A stretch of DNA of 64,000 bases. It comes from Guillardia theta CCMP2712. Taxonomy: Eukaryota; Protista; Cryptophyta. The stretch is from assembly GCF_000315625.1 (NCBI RefSeq), contig NW_005434662.1:154307-218306 (forward strand). The letters are read 5' to 3'. Positions 23,060-34,300 of this stretch are shown here, one piece after another. The first letter of the stretch is position 1. Each line of letters begins with the position of its first letter. A model generated the notes under the pieces. The model had not been told where the DNA came from, made no database searches, and saw nothing but the letters and a program-made list of their open reading frames with translations. Position numbers and translations under genes: made by a program.

Positions 23060-23613
23060 ATGGCTGGATCTGCGATGCAAGGGTATTCGAGACTTTCTCT
23101 CCTTTCTGAGTTCTTGAAATGCGTTCAGTCCATCACATCACAGGGCTCGAACCTCAAGAAAGGAGATTGCTTCCAGCTCAGGCGTAGTTTCTCACAGCAA
23201 GATGTCTCAAAGTTCGCCGATCTGTCGGGAGACGATAATCCGCTGCATCAAAGTGCCGATTTGACTTCCTCTACATTTGCCCAACCAGTTGTGCATGGGA
23301 TCTTTGTTGCCAGCATGTTCTCAGCGGTTATAGGCCGCAACTTTCCAGGAGCGATCTACCTTAATCAGCAGCTCAAATTTTCTGCCCCTGTCTTCTTTGA
23401 TGAGGAAGTTACAGCAAGAGTCACTGTAACACGATGCAAGCAAGTGAAGGTAGGTCAATGCGTGTGATACCCTCGAGAGTGACTCGCGAATAGAATGTGT
23501 GCGTCGCCAGCATGGAAACTGTTGTTGAAAAAGCAAACGGGCAGGTCGCAATCAGTGGAAGCGCGCTTTGCAGTATCCCCGCTGCTCTCTTGCATGGTCA
23601 TCCATCAGAATGA
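23060..23613 (+). CDS. MaoC-like hotdog dehydratase / (R)-enoyl-CoA hydratase (HTD2-like)
   Basis: FADLSGDDNPLH, VVHGIFVASMFSAVIG and Q.LKFSAPVF. A second exon NVCVASMET...ISGSA...* follows the intron at about 23450-23494. Confidence 0.88.
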
Positions 23614-23694
23614 CGCCGGAATGCAGTGATTGGTTGAGATCGATGAACTTGTGCAGAGAACAAACATGCAGTGGGCCAAAATGAAGTCAACATA

Positions 23695-25338
23695 TTATTT
23701 TGAATTCTTAACTTGGCGTCGCTTTGTTTCTTCACCTCCGTTGTAGAACACTTCGGGGTTGGAGAAGTAGACCGTTGAGTTGGTGTAGCGAAAGAGAGCG
23801 ACTCTGTCGAACACTGCACTGAACCCATCGAACCCCTTCTCATCTCTCTCCTTCTTCTCTTCTTCGTTCAGAGGAAAGGGGGTATGCGGTATGAACTCAT
23901 ACCTTGATGGTCGCCCACCTTTCAAGACTTTCCCTTTGAGGTTCGCATAGGCCTCGATCTCTTCTTTCGCAATCTGGGCTGAATCATCGTAGCCATTCTG
24001 CGAGGCCTTGAAAGCCCATTTCTCAGCTTCTTCCATATTTTTCTCGACGCCGAACCCTTCGGAGTAAAGAAAGGCAAGCCGAGCTTGAGCGTTCCATTCT
24101 CCTGCATCTGCTGCTCGCTTGTAATGCTCGAAAGCTTTGCTGTAGTTCTGTTCAACGCCTATCCCCTGCTCATAAGCATTTCCAAGATAAGTGAATGCCA
24201 ATATTTCGTTTTCTGCTACGGCCCTCTCGAGATAAGAAACTGCTTTCTTCCCATCCTGCGGCACTCCCTTGCCTTGCAGATAGATACGTCCGAGGGACGT
24301 AAGAGCAAGCCCATCACGAGCGAGTTCGGCTTGTGTGAAGAGAGAGAGTGCTTCCTCAACGCTACCCGCTTGCTCGTACATGATTCCCAAGTGCGAGATC
24401 GACCTGACATCTCCTAGCTCCACAGCTTTCATGTAGTATTGAGCTGCCCTGTCCTGGTCTCCATGCTCCTCAAAGATCATTCCCAGTAACCTTGCAGCCT
24501 CATGATGCCCCTGCTCTGCCGCCATGAGGTATAGTTGAGCCGCTTGATTTACATCCTTGGGAACGATTTCCTCCCCATCATCCATTACTGCTCCTTGCTC
24601 GAACATGCGCCCCAACCAGAATTGGCATTGAGCATCGCCGTGCATTGTTGCATTTTGATAGATACTTTCGAAGAATGACCTGGTGTCTGTGAACCAAGAA
24701 TCATTATTGTAGACCAACAAACTCTCATTGATAACTTGTAGGCGCTTTGGACTCAGAAGAGAGTAGTTTGCAGAAATGTCGTCCTCAAGCAAAAAGTATA
24801 TACTTCCATTGAGCTCTTTCAATTGGTCAAGCTTCGAAGGAGCCTTCTCAGAAGCAGATCCTGCTGCAGAGCTTTGCTCGCGTTTTTTATCTTTCTGGCG
24901 TCCTTGCTTAGCATCTGCTGTCTTTGGCTGCTTCTTGTCAGCCTGTTTCGTTTTCGGATCCTTCTTTGCTTCTCCGGCTTTGTTTGACTCTGTCACCGAC
25001 TCCATGGTCTGTTTCGTCGGTCCTCTCTTCTCTTCACTCGCATCTGAGCCTCGTAATCCAACTTTTGGCTCATTCTCCTCGCTCCCCGCATTGTTGACAG
25101 GACATGTAGTCCCCTTACCAGCCCCTCCAACATCGGGGTCGCCATCGTCAGCCCGCAGAGGAATCTCTTCGCCCAACCCCGAGCCCTTCCCTTCCTTTGC
25201 TTCTCCAGCTTTATCTGCCCCTCTAAGTTCAATTCGTTCGGCCACGCATGATGTGATGGCCAGCACTAAGGCCATCAGCATCATCGCAGCCGCTGCTTGC
25301 GACCGGCGCCTCCCTGCCATGGAGGCCGCACGATCCAA
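23695..25338 (-). CDS. Sel1-like repeat protein with signal peptide
   Basis: 547-aa ORF with about 5-6 SLR units (AQCQFWLGRMFEQG, ALTSLGRIYLQGKGVPQD, AFTYLGNAYEQGIGVEQN, AQARLAFLYSEGFGVEKN) and a hydrophobic N-terminus MMLMALVLAITSCVA. Confidence 0.9.
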   Translation of the reverse strand: MDRAASMAGRRRSQAAAAMMLMALVLAITSCVAERIELRGADKAGEAKEGKGSGLGEEIPLRADDGDPDVGGAGKGTTCPVNNAGSEENEPKVGLRGSDASEEKRGPTKQTMESVTESNKAGEAKKDPKTKQADKKQPKTADAKQGRQKDKKREQSSAAGSASEKAPSKLDQLKELNGSIYFLLEDDISANYSLLSPKRLQVINESLLVYNNDSWFTDTRSFFESIYQNATMHGDAQCQFWLGRMFEQGAVMDDGEEIVPKDVNQAAQLYLMAAEQGHHEAARLLGMIFEEHGDQDRAAQYYMKAVELGDVRSISHLGIMYEQAGSVEEALSLFTQAELARDGLALTSLGRIYLQGKGVPQDGKKAVSYLERAVAENEILAFTYLGNAYEQGIGVEQNYSKAFEHYKRAADAGEWNAQARLAFLYSEGFGVEKNMEEAEKWAFKASQNGYDDSAQIAKEEIEAYANLKGKVLKGGRPSRYEFIPHTPFPLNEEEKKERDEKGFDGFSAVFDRVALFRYTNSTVYFSNPEVFYNGGEETKRRQVKNSK

Positions 25339-26055
25339 CCCGTTACAGATGGAACGTCTGTAACCGATTCAAAAACCGAGTCATTACCGTAACGATCTCT
25401 TATATCCGTAACGGTCTACTACGGTCATGAATACTCCTCCACTTTGTGGATGTCAATGGCGAGGGTGGGTTAAGTATGGGGGGAGGGGGTGTATACACCA
25501 CCCACCCATAAGTATCTTTGTACCCACCTGATTTAGAGATCAGACAAAAATGCTCCATAGGGGTAGGGAGGGGAGACCCGGGAGGGGTCGGCATTTGAAG
25601 GGTAGTCGAGTCCCCTGCCGCAAGGGGCGCACCGATGCTCGAGGTCGCCTGGCGAAGGAGAGGAGAGGAGAGATGGAAAAAAAGACGGAAACAAACACAA
25701 GAAGAAACAAATGTTGGGTGAATGATTGTGTTTCGATGTTGCTGTGATGTTGTTGTTTTCCAAAGAGTCAGAAAGGAATCAAGATGGCTGGCGAAATTTG
25801 CACGAAAAAATGGACAATTGGCTGGAAGGGTTGCATTCATTGGCCAAAGACGAATCAAAGGAAAGCCAGGAAGCAGACAGGAGAAATTGATGTAGGAAGA
25901 TTCACGCTGCAAGATTCATGTAGATGAGACCTGCCACGTGGTTGATTGGATACAAGGCTAGATAATGACATAGAACTTTGAGTCTCGTCTTCTTCTTGAG
26001 GAGAATATTGAGTTGGTTTTTTTTTCAGACCATTCAGAAGTCAGACGATCATACT

Positions 26056-26950
26056 ATGAGCTCCCAGACTGAAGTTGCTCATGCAACGAGCTTTAAATTT
26101 AATCCTTCGGAAAGAATCAACTATGGAGCCATCAGACCATATGTAGACGAGGATCCAGACCTTGGAGATGGACTGCCTTCTTCACAGGAAGAGACCAAAG
26201 GTTTGTGGAGTGGTTTTGTTGCCGACTATTTAAAGTATCTTGAGCTGAATGTTGAGGCTGTCAGTTGGTATCTTATATCGGACGATGAACAACTCAAATT
26301 TTACACGCGATGGGAGAGATTCAACGTAGGGTGCTATACCTTTGTTGTAAATCTTGCGGTTGGGACATGCATAAGGTCACTCAACACTTGTGAGAGTGAA
26401 GAAGATCACAATTCAAACTCGGGCCTTCTGGATGCTCTGCTTTGGTCGGCTACATTCTGTATGATAAGCTCGTTGTATGAACTCATCTTCCTTGTTCCGC
26501 TCTTTCGTTACATCCTTCAGCGCGATACCGACGATTCAGGGATCTTCCAGAGATTAGGTAAAACTTGTGTGTTTTGAGTTGCCGACTGAGCATTGATCTG
26601 GAAATCCAAGGCTGCTCTGGGAGATGCTGCAACTGCTTCATCTATGTCCCCATAAGCTTTCTGGCGCTGACAGCCTTTGGTTTCATGACAGGAGATCAAG
26701 GCAGCCCCCCCGAATGCAGATACAAACTTTTCTCAGATAAGATCAGATGGTCAGGTCTTGCAGTAGGTTTGATAATGTTCCTGCTGTCATCTTTCGTGAC
26801 TGGCTACATCCAATTCTGCATTTTACGGAGGTGTGGTTGGAAGGGGGCCTCAACTGTTTTTGCTGTGTCAGTGGTCAACTTCGCACTTCTTGGAGACGTC
26901 GCTGGTCCAATCTTGCCGACATGAGGCTATGTTTGCTCAGCTCAAACTAG
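26056..26950 (+). CDS. Hypothetical membrane protein (3' end uncertain)
   Basis: Long ORFs with about 4 hydrophobic segments, joined by an intron at about 26558-26609. Confidence 0.55.
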
Positions 26951-27299
26951 CATGATTGCAAAGTTTTACAATCGATGCTTGTCAACTTCATCACGGATCC
27001 AATCGCCGTATGCAGTGATGTTGCCAGCGGCACACCGTGACAGCTTCCGATGATTTACAGTTTTGCACTGTGAGGTTACGTCATACATTCAATTCTCTCA
27101 AATGTGAAAACAAGCATAATTTTGTATAGGCACATCGAGTTGCAGGTATGAAAAGCTACCTCGTCTAATATTAACAAAAATAGCTACACTACGAGGATTA
27201 AGTGTAGTACTGTACACTGTCCAATGACTTGTTATTCAATTGTCGTATCCCTGGGCCAATTCAATCTGAGTTTCAAATAAAAGAATGAGTGTCACCGAT

Positions 27300-27991
27300 A
27301 TGAATCAAGCATGATTTGAGATTACATCATGGTGATTCCCACTGACATCCATGCTGTCTAAACATTCTTGTTTTGAACGGGTGGGAATCTGATTAAGAGC
27401 AAGTCAATACCAAAGGTCATGATAAGTCTGTCACTCACATCATCAACCAAATCTCCAAACTTGGCATGCAAAGCAATGTTGATTTGCTTTGCTGACAACG
27501 AGACAGTCTTCCACGATTGCATACATGCTGGCGACTTAGAAGCCTTTGATATCTCCTCGCCAATCAGCCTCTTATATTCAATTTTCCTGTCATCGTGTGT
27601 CCAGTCCGCTGGGCAACTGAAATTGTAATAGTCACGCAATGCAAAGGAGAGTAAGGAGCAGAGCACCTTGCTAAGCGACCAAAGCCCATGTGTTGAGGTT
27701 CACCCATATCAGGAACACCATCTAGATCTATGGAAGACATTGGTCTTGACTTGAAATTAGCATTGAAGCATCCCGAGTTTCTGTTCAATCCAAGACCACT
27801 ATCCGCGCTTGCTGTCCTTCCGAAAAGTGGTTGGGTTGAGTCTGAAAACAATCTGGTAAACAGAGCGATAAAATAACAAGACGAAAAAGGAAACACGAGG
27901 GTAACAAAGTTTCTTGTTTGAAAGAAGAGGAAATACCATCGAGAAGAAACTGTCGCGTTTTTGCCTTTTGAGCATCAACCATTGTATCCAT
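27300..27991 (-). CDS. Hypothetical protein (multi-exon, ends approximate)
   Basis: Three consecutive same-strand ORFs separated by short GT-AG segments. Confidence 0.45.
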
Positions 27992-28957
27992 TCCTGCTTC
28001 GCTTTGTGAAATTCCTACAGAAAAATTGCTTTCGTTGATATTTGTGATGAGTCGCTACTTTGTACTGGAAAGACACAACCAGTTACTAGGACTGCATAAG
28101 AATGATAATTAGCACGTCAAAGTGTTATTCGAAATCATTTCGGTTCCTAATCGAATCAGGTCAGAGCAAAACTTGCTTCCATCCAAGAAATGACACACAT
28201 TCTAACACGAAATTGCTTTGCAGAAACGATTCATCTACATGCATATGGCGCAAGCTACGCATTGAGACGTCAGCACATTCAACCGGATCGTTGCTACACC
28301 TGGACTATGATTATATCGGAAGAATCATTCTTGGCACATTGTGCAAAGTGTTGACCCCAATACAAGGCTAAGCTGATATCTTACAGTGTGCTACTAAACT
28401 TACACTTTTAAGCTCAAACATGATTTCTATGTCGCACATGTTCATGGGCACCTACCATCTCCTAACCTCCGCCTTCATTTCAACCTCTGGGAGTCTGCCC
28501 TGCATCTTTTTGCTCCCGGCATCTCATCTGAAACCGCGCCTTGACAAACAAACCACCCCACCGGGAAGGTTTACCCCTGTCTTCCCCCACCCTAGTGACA
28601 GGCCTACCCCACAATATCAGGTACCACCCGATACCAACAGAGGAAACCACCCACCTTTTCCTATAGGACAAGCTGAAATATTAGTACGCCTACCCTCTTC
28701 TATCCCATGGCTACTAATCGATTTACCCCTTACTTCTTGCTTCGTTTACAAATAGTTTTACGAGTATAAGGGACGAAAAATAAATATTTAAAAACAAAGC
28801 TTGTGTGACACTAAAAGTCTTGTTAAAAACTAAAACTACTTTTGGCTCGACTTAAAAGTTATATAGAGAAACGTGAGGTGGTGGTACACTTTTACTCCAA
28901 GGGATTCGCACGGGCTCTTTTCCCCACCACATGCCTGCACCCCTGCGAGGTCAAGTT

Positions 28958-30100
28958 TTAGCAGAAGGTTATTATTACTCCGTGGAAAAAGGAGGTTATA
29001 ATCGTTTTAATTAACATATTCGGGCCTGGTTCGCTGTTCCGACGGTCAGTGCTCGACGGACGCCGGCCCGGTGACTTCACGACTTCACTAGATTTGCCCG
29101 TCAGACCTTTAGGATAGGATCCTTCCAACTTTGTGAACGGTTCTTTGAACTGGGGCGCCGGGACTACTAGAGGCTTCTGGTGATCATGGAAGGATGGTTG
29201 CGAGTAGCGGGGATGGCAGCTGCTGCGACAGTGATCGTACCAGTGATCCTCCTCTCCTCTCCTTTCCTCTCCATCACTGTACAGGTACGATTCCAAGTTC
29301 TTCACTCGTGCCCTAGCAGTTGTAAGAGCCATGATTAACGTGAGCGTCTACCAGGTCCTTGAAGGTTGTTGGCTGTCAGCAGCGTGTTGGCTCCTTGTCA
29401 ATACTGCCGAAGCTGGGATATCATCGTTGGAAACGTCTCTAGAGCAAGCTGTAGGTTTGAGCTCGCCGGCAAGATCCCCAGCTAGAGCCCAGTCACCTCA
29501 AGCTAGCAAATTCTCACCAGGATATCTTTCTCCAAGCCCGACCCTGTCTCCTGGTAAACCTGATGGGGTGCCAGAACAAGCATGTTTCTCAAGGTGTTGT
29601 TCTAGGGAATAGATCTCTCAACCGCAGAAAGAAGGGCGGGCCCCTGGAGCTAATTGTCTCCCTCCCTGCTTTGCCTGTGGTCTGGATAGAAGTGATCCTT
29701 CGCAAGATTAAGTTACCGAGATTATTTCGATTCATGGCTCTCAACCTGGTCAGTTTAGTGCTGAGAAAAAAGGCATGTTCATTCACTCTACTTGATCCAG
29801 GTGGCCTACATATCGAGCCCCATATGGTTTTTTGTTATCTCTGGGATGCATCTGCTGTTGCTGGTTGCAGTTTCAGTGATTTCCTTCGGCATATTGCTTC
29901 CTTGGACAGGGCCTCTGATAGCAACGGTATGACTTGATCTACATGATTCAACAGATATTTGCACTCACCCATTTATTAGTTGTCTTTCTACATTTTTCTT
30001 GTGCCTGTGTGGACCATTTCTACCTACATCTGCACCAGCGGACCAATGATAGCTTCTCTTTTCATATTGCCATTCCTGGACAACAGTGCTAATTTGAGCA
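28958..30100 (-). CDS. Hypothetical protein (exon structure unresolved)
   Basis: A 124-aa terminal ORF plus upstream same-strand coding-like segments with splice-like sites. Confidence 0.3.
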
Positions 30101-30288
30101 GACGATTTATTGGAATGACAGGATTGTCTTTCCCATTCAGCTCCAGTTCAAAGAGCTGACATGTGGCATATCATCGGTTCAGAATTAAGTCTGATCTTCA
30201 TTTGGCGCAAATATAAATTGTAAAGAGTAAAGCATGTTCAATCAAACAATATTCAGAGCTTAAAGACCGACATTCCTTGTGATTTCGT

Positions 30289-30900
30289 TTAAGCCTCGCG
30301 AGGTTCACTAAAATACTCCATGTACTTTCTTCCCTGAGGTTTCAACCCTGGAATATTTCCTTTCTGCTTAGACAGAGTATGATTAACAACCAGAAATCTA
30401 CTACAGCACGAGAGGTGATCACCTCAGCACCCTCAAGCAACTTGACGACTTCGATAAAGTCAGAACGGTCTGAGAACCTGAACCAAAGTTAGAAGAGAGG
30501 ACTAGTCAACACACGCACATAAATTCCAACCTTCCTTTGAACTTTGCAAGATCGAGGGGTCTGTCCCCATCAAGATTCTTGATGAAAGGGTCTGAACCCA
30601 GCTGCAAGAGATAAGAAATCTGAGTTGTCATAGTCAGTTGCTCTTGCAGGCTGGTGATAAGGCCTACAGTAGTGAAGTGTCCATACGCTGCTGCAATATG
30701 CAAGGGGGTTGCGCCTGTTTCCGTCTGTGCATTCGGATTTGCCCCTAGCTCAATCAACCTCGACACGAGCAATGGGTTCCCTTGGAAAGCAGCCTTGTGC
30801 AAGGCCTGTTGGACACCATGGTTAGAGCAAAGTCATCACACCCCCACCCCAACTTCGCTCGCTTACCACCCCCTACAAACTGAACCCATCCATGGTACTA
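30289..30900 (-). CDS. Short ankyrin-repeat protein (5' end uncertain)
   Basis: ALHKAAFQGN..LIELGANPNAQTETGATPLHIAAAYGH...LLQLGSDPFIKNLDGDRPLDLA. The last exon ends ...SEPREA*. Confidence 0.8.
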
Positions 30901-31331
30901 TCAACATCCTCCAATAGGTACCCGGCTATCGTTGATTGTATTAGGGTGCCACTCGAGAGATCGATCACCTTACCGCTGTATCTCCCTCCCTCCCGTTTGC
31001 GGTGCGACCAGTCACTGTGAGACAATCATCGGGCCGAGCGCCGGATCGGCCGGGGCCGCCGGGTCAATCTGGCCCGGGCCGGCTGAGTGGTCAGCCGCAC
31101 TACTCAGATGAGTCTGCCGGGCCGGGACTTTCCAGAGGACCGTCGGGCTCACAGTCGTCACGCCGTTGAATCGGGCGAGTTCAACTGGTGCCACCGTCGG
31201 TGACGACCGGGGGCCTCGGACTCGGGTCCCGGCGAAGTCACGGCGCGGCAAACCGTGAACTTTGCGTTCAGGCAGTACATTACAAATTACATTTCCGAAG
31301 TTCATATACTTCACTGAGCGGCTGAGTCGGC

Positions 31332-34300
31332 CTACGATACCCTACACTGTTCTGCTTCAGAGCTCGGCTCGACAGTTTCTGATGTTGAATCGTTCTCTTC
31401 GAGATGTTCTTCAGGAATCGCCGAATCGGACGTGATCAACTCTTCATCTTCGTCAACTTCCTCACCAATGGTTCCTCGCTGAGAAGGATGTCAGAGTTGG
31501 AATCTTGCAACGCACATTCAAGTTACCGCGGCAAAGTCAGTGTCAATGGCTTTGCAATGAGCGATGGCGTATCTGAGCTTGTCTCTCAACACCTGTCGAG
31601 GCACGTCAAATACTTGCACTCTCCTTCTCCTCAGTTCAGCTTCTCTTTCACACAATCCTCTGCTCTTTTCTTCTTCAGACCTGCATAGAGCTGTATCTCG
31701 GGATATCAAGGGCATTGAAGCAGGTATGGCTAGACGGCAAGTGTCCGTCCCCATGGCTCGCCTTTGAACGCAATAAGAACGGCGACCTCAAGTTCAACTG
31801 CTCTCTGTCTCACCTGAGTTCGAACCTCCAGCTGCAGCCCACTTGTATCTCTTGGTAGCCTCTCGCGCCCCCAGACAAAACCAAGAAACTGCTTGCGCTC
31901 CTCGTTGCTGAACTCCTCTAAGGTGCTCCAGATCCATCCCATGACCGTCTCCGCATCAGAGGCGTCGAGCTTGTTCTTGACGATCGACTTGAGGATGTCA
32001 AGATCGACTGTGACCTGTAGAGCGGGTCAGTCGGTCCAGCCGTCAACCAGCTCTACACTGACCTCTCCGCAGACTCGGACCATGAGCTCCCGATACGTCA
32101 GGAGCGGCAGCATCAGCAAGGGAACGTTCTGCCCAAGTCCCTGAAGTTCTCCGTCAGTCAAATCCAACGAGACTCTTTCACCGACCTCTCTCATCGCGTC
32201 GATCGCCTTGTCAAACTCCTGCAACCTGAACGAAGTTGCCTCCTTTGCATACTGCTCTCTCTCCGAGTACAGCACGGGCCGGGTGGAGCCGCCCTTCACT
32301 AGCTCGAACACTTTCCCTGAGATCGAGCGTACGGTCCACACGAGCCCGACATAGTTGAAGCTCGAGTCCTCCAGCGTTGAGTTGTTAGCTGCACTGCCGC
32401 CAACTACAGCAGCAACGGGGCTGAACCCGAGCTCTGCACTAGAGTCAGATCAGGTACAGGCTCCTACCAAAGTTACCCGTCCAAGTGTCAGCACAAGGGT
32501 GCGTCCGAATCGCTTCTATGGCACGCACGAATCTTTCGTCCACACCGGAGAGATCCTGGACAGAGACCTGGACTAGCATGTCACAGGACCGCAATGCTCC
32601 CCTCTCGGAGCATACCGGCTCTTGTAGGAAACGACGCCATATGAGGGGCGGGAAGTCCAGACCAAGCGGATTGTTCGTTCGAATCCCAGCCCCCATGATC
32701 TTGCCGATGAAGGTGTACTGACGCATCGGCACCGCTGAGGTGCACGTGGGGTTGGGAACGAATGTGTCCCTGTGAAACCCGATGTTGAACCGGCCGTTGG
32801 GAGAAGGGATGAAGAGCTGTTGCGAGGAAAGTTAGGGTCGCAAGAGATTCAGTGATGTCATACCGGAGTAGCAGGGCTCTGCAGATCGGCGGCAAGTTCT
32901 CTTATAGATTCTCGGAACAAACCACCATAATCGTCACCACCTTCTCCGACGAATGAAACTTGCCATGCCATCATTCCTTTGCCTTTGCTCTTTGCTCTAA
33001 GTAGAGGCAAGTCCTCCAGCGCTGCAAACAATTGGCCGAAAACAGTACCTTTGGTGTCTTGCAACCCTGATTTCTTCCTGTGCTGTGCGGCAGCGCCTCG
33101 GTACAAAGTGACTGATGGGATTTCTTCTCTACGATCCTGAGTGAGACGAATCGCCGCATCCCACAAGTGAGTCTTTGTTGCTTCAAACAGTCTGCCTTTG
33201 ATACGCACTAGGCGACCAGCAGCTGAGTCAGGGTCATACGCCGTCCGTAGGTCCACGAGTGGCAGGGAGACAGCTACCAAGGACTCCAACTTCTTCAACA
33301 CGACAAACCTTGCCCGCACAGCTGAGACAGAGCGGATTCCACCCAAGGAGTTGGATTGCGATCGCTGAAACCTGACATAATCACGCATCTCCTTCTCCCC
33401 GTATTCACTTCCGTCGTCAGAAACGTTCTCGGACGCATGCGGCATGGCTTCGGCCTCGCCTCGAACTTGTACCGCACGCTGAACCTCAGGCTCTTCAGGT
33501 TCTCTCGCTTCCACTCCAGCTTCTGCGGGTTCGGCAGCCTCTACTTGTGGAGAGCTGGACGCCGGCACAAACTCTTCCTCCATGGTCTCAACTGGACTCG
33601 GTTGAGGCGCAGATTCTGGTCCATTCGTACCATTGTTCTCGTCAGCCAGTATGATGTGTGCTTCGGAGTCGCCGACGATGGAGGACGACCGGATGTTCCG
33701 GGGGTGTTTCCGGCGTTCAGATGCTTTCTCGTTCAAGAACTCCACTAGCTGCTCATCCAGCTCACTGGGCCAGTTGGGGTTGTCGTAACCGCCGTCTACG
33801 TACATGTCGATCATGGCGATCCGCTCCTCTCCCGCACTGGCGCTGGCACTTCCTCCTGCGATGCTCAGCTCACCTCCTGCTGCTCCACCGACCGCAAAGT
33901 GAACGACGGATGGGAGTCCCTCCACGATCCTCTCGAGCATCTTGCTGCTCCACTTGCCTTGTCCTGTGGCAGTGTCGGTGGTCCACTTGGAGATCGAGAA
34001 CTGCAGAGTCCTCCGAGTCATGTCCACGTGTACTCCAACCCTGTCACCTCGTTTGAACTTGCAAAGCCCATGCCCCCCCTTCCAGTCCCCGTCGACCTTG
34101 AGGGTTCCCTCTCCAGCGAAGAAGCCATATCCTCCACGACGATGTCCAAGATACGTCTCCAAGTCCACATCGGGAGTGGCGATGCCCACAAGACACTGAT
34201 CACGTCCGTGCACATCGAACTCCATCACATGAACGCCTTCCGGAGGGACAGGAGCAGTTATCAGCGCGGTAGCCATACCAGAGAACTCTACTTTCGTACG

